A stretch of 64,000 nt of DNA, taken from assembly GCA_965208655.1 (NCBI GenBank), contig CBDBPJ010000006.1:117167-181166 (forward strand). Reading direction: 5' to 3'. The position numbers and the translations under genes are program-made. The notes below the pieces were generated by a model that did no database searches, was not told where the DNA came from, and worked only from the letters and a program-made list of their open reading frames with translations. Of the stretch, positions 1 through 8,758 are shown piece after piece. The stretch comes from Gammaproteobacteria bacterium (GTDB lineage Bacteria > Pseudomonadota > Gammaproteobacteria > Eutrophobiales > Eutrophobiaceae). How positions within the stretch are numbered: the stretch's first letter is position 1; each line of letters starts with the position of its first letter.

Positions 1-222
1 CGGGTTGTTCAGGGCGGCAGTGGTTGCTGTGGTTTTGGGGGTCTATCTCTCGGCCATTGTGTCACACAATGCCTATCTTGCCCTCACTCCCCTTAATCTG
101 ATTAAAGGACGATATTTGTTTAAGTATACGTTATTTGAGAACGTGTTTCAGTGCGGTGAAACGGGGGTGCATGTTTCATTTCATAGCAACGCTGCCACTG
201 ATTATACGGCAACGCTGCCACC

Positions 223-317
223 TGCGTAGTCCGGCTCAGCGTGAACACGTTCAGGCTGATTCTGGAATCGGTGTTCACGGTCCCGGAATGGGTGTTCACG
301 TTGGGCTGGAGTATTCA
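223..317. mobile_element. IS21-family-like MITE (terminal inverted repeats only)
   Basis: Left end TGCGTAGTCCGGCTCAGCGTGAACAC; right end reverse-complements to TGAATACTCCAGCCCAACGTGAACAC; TG...CA termini and an internal repeated GGTGTTCACG, as in IS21 ends. Confidence 0.6.
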
Positions 318-379
318 CGCAGTCGCCTGTTGTGCCGCGTCTCATCGAGTACGCCTCGGGAGTGGTTGTTTGTCATTAA

Positions 380-1120
380 CAAGGCTGCTGTTGCCGACAT
401 CGGGCCGTGTTGCCAGGGGTTGACCGGTGTGCCCTGGTTATTGATTTGGCAAGGTTGTCCAGGATGAACCAGGCCAGACGCGCCCGCCGGTCCGTGCTTC
501 TGCGGGATATAGTCAGTCGCCTGGCTGAGTGGATGACGACGGATAAATGCTGGCTAATCGAACAACCGGATTCACCTTGTGACAGGTTATCCGATAGGCC
601 ACGGAATTATGCCGTCAGGGAACAACGCACACACGGTCGATTACTGTCGGTAACGGCAGGGGCGAGACTACTCCTGTATACAAAACTTCGTTCTGTACCA
701 GGAGTCTCGCAAGAGGGGGACACCCCCCCTTGACCCCGCCCGTTTGCAACGGGCCTGATGATAAATTGACATAATCCGATGGCTGAGCGCACCACATCAC
801 ACGAGCCGCTGGACCGGACCGGACAGTTACCCTGCGCGTGGCTGCGGCGACCCGGTCCGAGTGGACATCACGGACACAGGCTGCAGCCTGCCTGTCGGAG
901 ACTGGATACGGAATCAGGTTGCCGCGAGCGCGGCCAGCACACATTGCCGCGGCGCAAATACCCGCATCTCGCCTACCTGGCATTGCTGGCCACCCTCGCC
1001 GTATCGGCAACAACCTCAACCAGCTCTCCGGGACCGTAGCTGCGACGTATCTGGAGGAAGACACAGACCACAAAGGCAAGTCACGCGCCGGCGTTGACGT
1101 GCTGCGATGCGCCCCGGGGC
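380..1120 (+). mobile_element. Degenerate mobilization module copy A (small ORF + oriT-like region + mobC remnant + relaxase 5' remnant)
   Basis: Frameshifted MobC-like sequence (LRVAAATRSEW...IGNNLNQL) followed by YLEEDTDHKGKSRAGVDVLR, resembling a ColE1/MbeA-type relaxase N-terminus; upstream inverted repeat GCGAGAC..TCCTG / CAGGAGTCTCGC; homologous to regions at 16.4, 35.3, 38.2 and 40.0 kb. Confidence 0.65.
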
Positions 1121-1398
1121 TCATCGGCGCCGGGCTTGTATCCGCAGTATTCAGGCCATACCAACCCTTAGGGTCGCCCCGATAAATCGCTTACAGCGCC
1201 TCCACGGCGGTCGAATATTACCAGAACAGGACGCAAACAAGTCCAGTTCTTGATATGGCAACATCATTATTATCATCATCATGAATGCGTATTCCGGTAC
1301 GTATTTCTCGGATTGTTTCGACCCGGCGCACAAGCGCACGGGTGCAACCCATGTCCAGGCCCGAGTTCGGAAGACCGGCCGCGGAACACCCAGCTCCG

Positions 1399-2100
1399 TC
1401 ACCATCGTGTGCTGATCTCAAGCCCTATGCCATGGTCCGGTGGCAGGCTGGCGTCCTCTTTCCGCGTGATCTCGATGCCGAACGTCAGATCGGGCGCCTC
1501 CGAGCGGGCAGGCGCGAGCCGCCAGCCGAGGCGGTAGTCGCGCATCGTGCCGGACACCCCGTAGCCGACGTGCGGGGCGCCGGTGAAGTGGTCGCGGAAA
1601 GCGGGCAGGCCCTAGGCGGCTTCCGCCGTCCAGCGCCCAGTGCCTCTGGCCGCGCCGTGGCCTCCGAGCGGTTCATGGGCGAACAGCGCATCGAGCCCAC
1701 CCCGGGCGCTGCCGCCGAGCTCCTGGCGCAGTGTCAGCGACAGGCCGCGCTCGGTGTCCGGAGCGGGATCCAACTCGATGGAGGCCGACAGGCCCCGGTC
1801 GGTCCGTCCGTCGGACTCGTGGGTGAGCAGGGTGCGCGCCGCAATATCGAGCGACAGGCCGAACCGGGGGTCAGTCCAGACGACCCCGCCGCCGAGCTCC
1901 ACCCCGAACCCGGTCTCGGCGTCGCCGCCGTCGTGGCGCAGGCCGGTTTCCATCCGGGGCGTGAATTGTCCACCTCCGGCGAGTTGCAGCGCTCAGCTTC
2001 CCTCCAGGCCAAAGCGCAGCCGGGTGACGTCTCCGCCCGTGCCCAGCATGTCGCGGGTCTTCTCCGAGCCCGTATGCGACCACAGCGCATCGGAGATGAG
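1399..2100 (-). pseudogene. Autotransporter-like beta-barrel remnant (frameshifted)
   Basis: Fragments VTRLRFGLEGS, GLRHDGGDAETGFGVELGGG and C-terminal DHGIGLEISTRW* spread over several frames. Confidence 0.7.
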
Positions 2101-2125
2101 CGTCAACGACGGGCCGCCGCCCGGC

Positions 2126-2160
2126 CTGACAGCTACCTGACAGCTACACTGACAGCTACA
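2126..2160. repeat. Triple direct repeat CTGACAGCTAC(A)
   Basis: Seen directly; lies at the junction between two unrelated pseudogenes. Confidence 0.8.
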
Positions 2161-2224
2161 GTATTTGCCACTGCGCGCCACGTCCGGCCGCCGGGGCCTG
2201 AGCCTGAATCGCATTGCCGACCTG

Positions 2225-2494
2225 ACCAGCTACAACTCGGCCAGACGCTTCGGCCTGAACGGCAAAGGCGATATCGCCCCGGCTGCGACGCCGACCTGGT
2301 CCTGGTCGACCCCAACGAAACCTGGGTCATCCAGGCACAGGACTCCCCCTCCACCCAGGGTTATACCCCTTTTCGAAGGAACAGAACTATCCGCCCGGGT
2401 CAAACAAACCTGGCTACGCGGCCGCCTGATCTATGACGGCAATATCGTGGGCGAATCCGTGGGGAAGTTTCTAAAACGTGCCTTATTTTGCTAA
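2225..2494 (+). pseudogene. 3' fragment of dihydroorotase/allantoinase-family amidohydrolase
   Basis: NSARRFGLNGKGDIAPGCDADLVLVDP...YTPF(fs)EGTELSARVKQTWLRG; no 5' part; frameshift near 2370. Confidence 0.75.
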
Positions 2495-2515
2495 TGTGTA
2501 GATTCTGGAGTTTTA

Positions 2516-2845
2516 TCAGCTGGCGCACTCGGAGAGTTTTTCTTTGACCCACTGATTTATACTCACGCCGCTGAGTTCTGCCGCTTCGGCTACCGCTGCA
2601 TGTACTTCAGGGTCAATGCGCAACAAGAGTTTTCCCGAATAGGGTTTATTCGGAGCTTCGCCACGTTTGTCACAACTGTCGAGGTAGAATTCAACCGCAT
2701 CTTCAAATGCCTCACGAACTTCGCCTACGTTATTTCCATGGAATGTTACGATGTCCCGTATACCAGCCACGCGGCCAATGAAGCATCCGTCCTCGTCACT
2801 GTATTCGATTCGTGCCGGGTATCCTTTGTAGCGCATTGGCTTCAT
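2516..2845 (-). CDS. hicB: HicB-family antitoxin
   Basis: MRYKGYPARIEYSDED...AFEDAVEFYL...KPYSGKLLLRIDPEVH. Confidence 0.9.
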   Translation of the reverse strand: MKPMRYKGYPARIEYSDEDGCFIGRVAGIRDIVTFHGNNVGEVREAFEDAVEFYLDSCDKRGEAPNKPYSGKLLLRIDPEVHAAVAEAAELSGVSINQWVKEKLSECAS

Positions 2846-3111
2846 GGTGTTACTCCTATATGTTTGAGAAATTCCCGTGCAGCGCGTACCTGGTAGGGTT
2901 TAGCCTCCTTACGTGGATGAGGACGATGGAAATCGGCCCGCAATGTACCGTATTTGAAAGCTATTCTGGATCCTCCGCTTCTAATCACGTCACAACCCAC
3001 AGAAACAAGAAGTGTCTCTATTTGCCTCCATTTAATCTTTGAAGATACCGGGTCGGCAAAAATCGACTCGAGGACCCTACGCTGACTACTGTTCATGCCA
3101 CACGATATCAC
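2842..3111 (-). CDS. hicA: HicA-family toxin
   Basis: IKWRQIETLL...GGSRIAF...HRPHPRKEAKPYQV; overlaps hicB start. Confidence 0.9.
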   Translation of the reverse strand: MISCGMNSSQRRVLESIFADPVSSKIKWRQIETLLVSVGCDVIRSGGSRIAFKYGTLRADFHRPHPRKEAKPYQVRAAREFLKHIGVTP

Positions 3112-3303
3112 ATTGTAATATCATATACAAGTGATTTTGTCGTCAGACCTTCGCGACTGTCTGATCTATGACGGCAACATCGTGGGGGAGCCTATGGGCA
3201 AATTCCTCAGACGGCCTTATTAGAGACATTGTCGTGACTGGAAGGGCAGTCATTATTTTTCTGATTTGATGCAATCTTCTCGTACAGTGTCTCAGGCGCA
3301 ATG

Positions 3304-3590
3304 TCAGCGCCATTCGGCCAGGCAATTGTGCCGCCCTCTATAAATAAATTCCATTTCTTTCAGGGGATGAAAAACAGGTCCCTTGTCGATATATTCATGA
3401 AAGTCAACGTTGCCAGTTACGCCGTTGTCGAACTCAATGTCGTAGACGTAATTTCCCTGGTAGGTGATCTTTACAACGTCATTCATGTTCCACACGGGGG
3501 TCTTCCTATTTGAGTAGCTCTATTTTCTTGATTGTCATATTTTTCATGGCTAATTTCCAGTCCGGACATCCTTCCTCCAGGCTCATTTCA
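3304..3590 (-). pseudogene. DUF2442/DUF4160-type TA pair remnants
   Basis: MNDVVKITYQGNYVYDIEFDNGVTGNVDF...GPVFHPLK (DUF2442-like, truncated) preceded by WKLAMKNMTIKKIELLK (DUF4160 C-terminus-like). Confidence 0.6.
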
Positions 3591-3609
3591 TATTGGAAAA
3601 CACTACACT

Positions 3610-3780
3610 GCGCACATTCCCAGCGGGTATGTCTTAAACTGTTGACCTCTCTCATGGTTCCTCCTGCGTGTGACGCTTGGCGGCTCACACCGGGGGGATA
3701 CCATGAGAGTCCCGGAACTGTCAAATTGGGTTAGTCTCCCCAGCATAGTTGGGGGGTTTCCAATTTTTACTAACAGGCCT
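3610..3780 (-). mobile_element. tnpA: IS200/IS605 left end with 5' remnant of tnpA
   Basis: RBS GGAGG + MREVNSLRHTRWEC (IS200 TnpA start, truncated); subterminal hairpin CCCCCAACTATGCTGGGG. Confidence 0.65.
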
Positions 3781-3899
3781 GGCTGGCCCGATACATGCGT
3801 AAAACATCGTAGCCCACCTGTTTCTCCGAGACTTTCGCTCCCGCTACTCGCCTCAGCTTTCTTTCCTTGCAGCGCTATTTGCCCGGACCTCCCTGCCCG

Positions 3900-4342
3900 G
3901 CCGGGCTCGATTGACTCCGGCCCGCCGTCGATAATCCGGTGCAGCAGGGCCAGCACGAACCTGTCCTTGATGCGCCGGGCCAGTTGCTGTTTCAGTATGG
4001 CACGGTCAACGGAGGGAAAGTAACGGGCAATGTCCAGCTTCAATACGTAGGCGTTCTCCCGGGCGAACTGCCGGTAGCGGTCCACGGCCCGGTGCACGCC
4101 CTTGTCCTTGCGGCAGGCACAGGTGTCCGGGATGAAGCGTTTGTCCAGCAGGGGTTCCAGCACGTTCATCACGGCATGGTGCGCCACCCGGCCACGGAAC
4201 GGCGCTACGGAGATGAGCCGGGGTTTGCGCTCGTACACGGTGAACTGCCGGTAGGGGCCGGGGGCATACTCCCCGGCCACCAGTTCGCGTTGCAAGGCCA
4301 GGAGGTTCTGCTCCAGGTCCAGGCCGAATTGCGCCACGTCCG
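3900..4342 (-). pseudogene. DGR-type reverse transcriptase, internal fragment (RT0-RT3 only)
   Basis: PDVAQFGLDLEQNL...GEYAPGPYRQFTVYERKPRLISVAPFRGRVAHHA...CACRKDKGVHRA...LKLDIARYFPSVD; lacks N-terminus, GLPIGN motif and YxDD. Confidence 0.88.
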
Positions 4343-4549
4343 GTTGGCGGCGCTGAGTTGAGCGCATTTGTGCTTGCTGTAGGCGGCGTCAATGCATTCC
4401 TCCAGCACAGTCAGCAAGCCAGATTCCAGGCGCTCACCCAGGGTGAAGCGGCGGGAACGGGGGAACTTGTCCAGGACGGGTATCAGCCACTTGAGCAGAT
4501 CATGGCAGTCGTCGATGACCTGGGGCAATGCAGCATCAGCTCTTTGCAT
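4340..4549 (-). pseudogene. avd: DGR accessory variability determinant (Avd), C-terminally truncated
   Basis: MQRADAALPQVIDDCHDLLKWLIPVLDKFPRSRRFTLGERLESGLLTVLE...AAYSK...LSAANR; GGAG RBS; joined directly to RT sequence. Confidence 0.88.
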
Positions 4550-4580
4550 GGAAAATCTCTCCAAAAAATTGCGCAGCTCG

Positions 4581-4608
4581 CCGGGGACGGACTTAAGTCC
4601 GTCCCCGG
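4581..4608. repeat. Perfect 28-bp palindrome CCGGGGACGGACTTAAGTCCGTCCCCGG (variant of the REP-like att palindrome)
   Basis: Seen directly; same GGGGACGGA/TCCGTCCCC stem as 18480, 32210 and 45360. Confidence 0.85.
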
Positions 4609-4625
4609 TCAGCGAAAAATCGTGT

Positions 4626-4740
4626 CCCGGCGCAGTGCGCCGGGCGGAAAAGGGAAAAAGGGAAAGAGGGAAAGAGGGAAAAGCACAAAGGGAATCCCGG
4701 TAGAGAGTCATGTGCATATACCCGGTATAACGCCTTCGTT
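4626..4740 (-). promoter_or_regulatory. DGR cis element downstream of VR1: conserved post-stop motif, polypyrimidine tract and GC hairpin (4626-4644)
   Basis: Hairpin CCCGGCGC-AGT-GCGCCGGG; TTTCCCTC-type repeats; near-identical copy at 8643-8758. Confidence 0.65.
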
Positions 4741-6183
4741 CTACTCGTCCTGGGCCAGGCGAAAGCCCATGCCGTCGTCGCGCGGCGCGCGGCTCGTGCG
4801 ACCGGCCCTGTCGCGGTAGGCGGAACGCAGGTTCTCTGGAACGCTATACCGGGAACCGCCCCGAATCACGCGCAGGCTGCAGTACCCACTCGTCCAGGCG
4901 CTGCCATCTTTCGGCGCGCCCTTATAACTGTCATTCCAGCAATCCTGCACCCACTCCCACACGTTGCCGTGCATGTCGTGTAATCCCCAGGCATTGGCCG
5001 GGAAACTGCCTACCGGCGCTGTTCGGTCATTGTCCCACTGACTGCCGCATCTATCACAATTCGCCCGGTTGCTGCCGACCTCATTCCCCCAACTGAAGTT
5101 CGTGGTGCTGCCGGCCCGCACCGCATACTCCCATTCCGCCTCCGTCGGCAAACGGTAATTGCCGCCGGTCTTCTCGTTCAGCCAGTCGATGAAGGATTGG
5201 ACATCGTCCCAAGAGACCCTTTCGACCGCCCGGCTGTCACGACCACAGCCTGTTTCATCAACTGGCGTGTATCCATTACAGCCCCCATCCGCCACACAGG
5301 CGTCCCACTGGGCAAATGTCACCTCGTACTTGCCCAGCCTGAAGGCCGGTACCGTGACAATGCGCACCGGTTTCTCATCATCATCATAACCTTGCCCGCT
5401 CAAGTCCCCCATACGGAACGTGCCAGCAGGGATGGAGACCATTTCGCCAGCCGGTTGTCGCCCCAGCGCCGTCTGCTCCGGGGACTTTTCATGCGTAGCC
5501 TGCCGTTCACTCCCGCCGTCTTCGTCTTGTACTACTTCGACACTCAGGTCAAAATCGCTGTCCATATTACCCATTCTTCCAGAACTGATAGGGCAGACGG
5601 GATAAAAAAAGTGAACGTCTTTGCACCTATGCCGGTAGCCTGTTTCGATTTTCATGACCTCGTCGCACCATTCTATGCAACCTCTGTAGCGGATGTTCCA
5701 GCGCAGGTTAGCCCAGATATCCGGCTCCCCGGGCCTGGAACCAAGACGGCTGGCCCGCTCGTAATGGTATCTTTTCGCGGCGTCTTTTACACTCTCTGGA
5801 AACTTCATAAAATTAGTTTTTGCGCCGGAAAAGATTGTAAATGATTCACAGTGTAATATTCTTGTTCTTCCATCGAATGTCATGCCAAAAATGCCGCTCA
5901 GGAATGCGTCTACCCCAAAATGGCCTGATACGTCTGTATCGCAACGGTTTGTCACCTTGATTCCCTCGGGGTAACTGAAGAAATAATCAGATGTCAGGCT
6001 GTTTGCGTCGGAAATGCGCTCTTCGGCCCAGACAATCTCTGTGTTCACACACTCTTTCGGGTTTTGGATGTTGCCGTCCCCTTGCGGGTTAGTCCCTTGT
6101 GCATGGAGGATGGCGCAGAAAAACAACAGGCAAGCGCTGAGAGCAGACTGAAAAAGACCATTGAGTTTGTCACGTTGTGGCAT
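4741..6183 (-). CDS. DGR target 1: secreted protein with C-terminal FGE-sulfatase (CLec) domain
   Basis: Signal peptide; RLPTEAEWEYA, NAWGLHDMHGNVWEW, RGGS...GFRLAQDE*. Confidence 0.9.
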   Translation of the reverse strand: MPQRDKLNGLFQSALSACLLFFCAILHAQGTNPQGDGNIQNPKECVNTEIVWAEERISDANSLTSDYFFSYPEGIKVTNRCDTDVSGHFGVDAFLSGIFGMTFDGRTRILHCESFTIFSGAKTNFMKFPESVKDAAKRYHYERASRLGSRPGEPDIWANLRWNIRYRGCIEWCDEVMKIETGYRHRCKDVHFFYPVCPISSGRMGNMDSDFDLSVEVVQDEDGGSERQATHEKSPEQTALGRQPAGEMVSIPAGTFRMGDLSGQGYDDDEKPVRIVTVPAFRLGKYEVTFAQWDACVADGGCNGYTPVDETGCGRDSRAVERVSWDDVQSFIDWLNEKTGGNYRLPTEAEWEYAVRAGSTTNFSWGNEVGSNRANCDRCGSQWDNDRTAPVGSFPANAWGLHDMHGNVWEWVQDCWNDSYKGAPKDGSAWTSGYCSLRVIRGGSRYSVPENLRSAYRDRAGRTSRAPRDDGMGFRLAQDE

Positions 6184-6518
6184 GAGAGACCCCTGAATAG
6201 AAAAAAGCGACTACATCATCCATATATGAATTTACTCCTGCTTCACATTGTTGAAGCCCATCTATAAATGGCGCACATCCAAGTAAAGCGTTATTATGAA
6301 CAGGAACCCATAACAAGCCGTACGGAGTAGTATACAAACGCAGCCAACCCAGCCAGAACGCCCCTTGTGAAGCGCTTCTCGCGTTTTCACTCATGACCAG
6401 ATTGATCTTGATTCACAAGGCTCGGAGACGAGGAACATCTGGAAAGGGAAAAACAAAAAAGTCAACAGGGAATCCCCGTAGAAAGTCATGTTCAAATCTC
6501 GGTTATGGTGGCTTCGTG

Positions 6519-7349
6519 CTACTCGTCCTGGGCGAGGCGAAAGCCGATGTTGTCGTAGCGGTTCAAGCGGACGGCACTGGAACGGAAGGCGGAACGCAGG
6601 TTCTGCGGGTCTTCGAAGTAGGACCAGGAACCGCCCCGAACCACGCGCAGGGCACACCTCTCACTCGTCCAGGCACTACCGTCCGTCGGCGCGCCTTCAT
6701 AACTGCCATTCCAGCAATCCTGCACCCACTCCGACACGTTGCCGTGCATGTCATGCAGCCCCCAGGCATTGGCAGGGAAACTGCCCACCGGCGCGGTGTA
6801 TCTCCACGAGTCGCCACAATCATCATTGTCACAATTCGCCCGGTTGCTGCCGATGTCATTCCCCCAACTGTACTTCGTGGTACTGCCGGCCCTGGCCGCA
6901 TATTCCCATTCCGCCTCTGCCGGCAAACGGAAACCCTCATCGGTTTTGCTGTTCAGCCAGTCAATGAAAGATTGGGCGTCGTCCCAGTTGACATTGATGA
7001 CCGGCCGGTCGCCACGGCCATGGCTTCTACCACCAGAAGTGTGGCCCTCATACGGCACGTAACCGTTACAGCCCCCGTCCGCCACACAGGTGTCCCACTG
7101 GGCAAACGTTACCTCGTGTTTGCCAAGCTTGAAGGCCGGCACCGTCACGGTATGAACGGGCTTCTCATCATCATACCCATCCCCGCTCAAGCCCCCCATG
7201 TGGAACGTGCCGGCGGGGATGGAAACCATCTCGCCTGCCAGCTCCTGCTCCAGCACCGCCTGCTGCCAGGCATCTTGTTTCTTGCTGAAGCTGCAACCAG
7301 CAATGACGATGGTGGAACACAACAGATAAACAACGTTGACTGATTTCAT
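6519..7349 (-). CDS. DGR target 2: lipoprotein with FGE-sulfatase (CLec) domain
   Basis: Start MKSVNVVYLLCSTIVIAGC (lipobox); same CLec core; ends RLNRYDNIGFRLAQDE*. Confidence 0.9.
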   Translation of the reverse strand: MKSVNVVYLLCSTIVIAGCSFSKKQDAWQQAVLEQELAGEMVSIPAGTFHMGGLSGDGYDDEKPVHTVTVPAFKLGKHEVTFAQWDTCVADGGCNGYVPYEGHTSGGRSHGRGDRPVINVNWDDAQSFIDWLNSKTDEGFRLPAEAEWEYAARAGSTTKYSWGNDIGSNRANCDNDDCGDSWRYTAPVGSFPANAWGLHDMHGNVSEWVQDCWNGSYEGAPTDGSAWTSERCALRVVRGGSWSYFEDPQNLRSAFRSSAVRLNRYDNIGFRLAQDE

Positions 7350-7359
7350 TCTTCTCTCT

Positions 7360-8619
7360 CTACTCGTCCTGGGCCAGGCGAAAGCCAAGAATGTAGTCGC
7401 GGTACGAGCGGGCGTACCTGAAGCGGTCGGCGGAATGCAGCCCCCCCGGATTGTTGCCCCAGGAACCGCCCCGAAACACGCGAATGCCACAGTCCCCACT
7501 CGTCCAGGCACTGCCGTCTGACGGCGCGCCCTCATAACTCTCATTGTAACAATCCTGCACCCACTCCGACACGTTGCCGTGCATGTCGTGCAAACCCCAT
7601 GCATTGGCAGGAAAACTACCTGTCGGCGCAGGCAGGTAATAATCAGCCCAGGGACTGCCGCATCCATTACAGTTCGCCCGGTAGCTGCCGACGTCGTCTC
7701 CCCAACTGTACTTCGTTTTGCTGCCGGCACGCGCCGCATATTCCCACTCCGCCTCGGTAGGCAAGCGGTAATTCCCGCCGGTCTTCTCGTTCAGCCAGTC
7801 AATAAAGGATTGGGCATCGTCCCAGGAGACACCGTTGACCGGGAGGTCGTCACGGCTCCAGTCCCAGCCCCTGCCTGCATCATCATCATACGGCGTGTAA
7901 CCATTACAACCCCCGTCCGCCACACAGGCGTCCCACTGGGCAAATGTCACCTCGTATTTGCCTAACTTGAAGGCCAGCACCGCGACGCTGTGGACGGGTT
8001 GCTCCCAACCATAACCCTCCCCGCTCAAGTCCCCCATGCGGAACGTGCCGGCAGGGATAGAGACCATGGGGACCATTTCGCCGACGTTGACGTCTTCTTC
8101 CATTATTATCAGCAGTTCGATCTGGTAGTCGACGCGGCGACCAATGGCGGAAGCTGAGTCGAATGCCACATATTCCGGATACCCATACTCGGCATTGTAG
8201 CGCGGGTCTACAAGGGAATAATGAGACCTGTCTATGGTGATGAACAGAGAATCAATGGAGCGAACGCCACCTACAGAAACCGGCGCTCCGTCATCTTCGT
8301 ACACAGCCGAATGCACAAGCCCTTTTCGAATGTCAACGATCATAGACCGTCCTGCATGATCGCATAAACAGTTGTTCATTTGGAATCTCATTCGGTAGTT
8401 CGTGATCCCGTGCGACCTCCATCTCTCCAGATTTGCCTCCATCTCTTCATACTCAGGCACATGAATATACGTAGCGTAGCCTACAGAAAGAATCAGCAGT
8501 CCGATGATGCTGACTGCCCATTTCAAAGTGACGATGCCACCTCTACCGTTGCGTATATCCATTATTTGAACCATGCATTCGCCGATGACTTGGGGCAAGC
8601 GTGTGTTTGTGGTTTGCAT
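7360..8619 (-). CDS. DGR target 3: membrane-anchored DUF6174-like domain + FGE-sulfatase (CLec) domain
   Basis: TM segment; WRSHGITNY...CLC...SIDSLF...YGYP (DUF6174-like); CLec core; start uncertain (in-frame avd-derived ATG at 8619 or ATG near 8562). Confidence 0.85.
   Translation of the reverse strand: MQTTNTRLPQVIGECMVQIMDIRNGRGGIVTLKWAVSIIGLLILSVGYATYIHVPEYEEMEANLERWRSHGITNYRMRFQMNNCLCDHAGRSMIVDIRKGLVHSAVYEDDGAPVSVGGVRSIDSLFITIDRSHYSLVDPRYNAEYGYPEYVAFDSASAIGRRVDYQIELLIIMEEDVNVGEMVPMVSIPAGTFRMGDLSGEGYGWEQPVHSVAVLAFKLGKYEVTFAQWDACVADGGCNGYTPYDDDAGRGWDWSRDDLPVNGVSWDDAQSFIDWLNEKTGGNYRLPTEAEWEYAARAGSKTKYSWGDDVGSYRANCNGCGSPWADYYLPAPTGSFPANAWGLHDMHGNVSEWVQDCYNESYEGAPSDGSAWTSGDCGIRVFRGGSWGNNPGGLHSADRFRYARSYRDYILGFRLAQDE
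8572..8619 (-). pseudogene. avd: Second avd 5' remnant, in frame with target 3
   Basis: MQTTNTRLPQVIGEC aligns with MQRADAALPQVIDDC; same position after the hairpin as the first avd; GGAG RBS. Confidence 0.7.
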
Positions 8620-8758
8620 AAGTGTGCTCCTGAAAAATCGCAGCCCGGCGCAGTGCGCCGGGCGGAAAAGGGAAAAAGGGAAAGAGGGAAAGAGGGAAAA
8701 GCACAAAGGGAATCCCGGTAGAGAGTCATGTGCATATACCCGGTATAACGCCTTCGTT

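Noticed and set aside
1285-2436. 383-aa plus-strand ORF
   Set aside because: Mostly antisense to the autotransporter remnant; only its tail matches the amidohydrolase fragment
3603-4367. RT as a group II intron, retron or functional DGR RT
   Set aside because: Motifs and avd/CLec context are DGR-type; the catalytic YxDD is absent; the ORF's last ~95 aa are read-through into unrelated DNA
4581-4608. Palindrome as the left att of the first island
   Set aside because: Both flanks are intact, the centre differs (CTTAAG), and there is no adjacent integrase or arm motif; it looks like an unoccupied REP variant
4645-4695. GGGAAAGA repeats, or the 27-bp repeats at 33147, as a CRISPR array
   Set aside because: No unique spacers and no cas genes
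6519-6650. VR2 as the template repeat
   Set aside because: It has two AAC codons but non-A bases at most variable positions and lies in an intact coding gene
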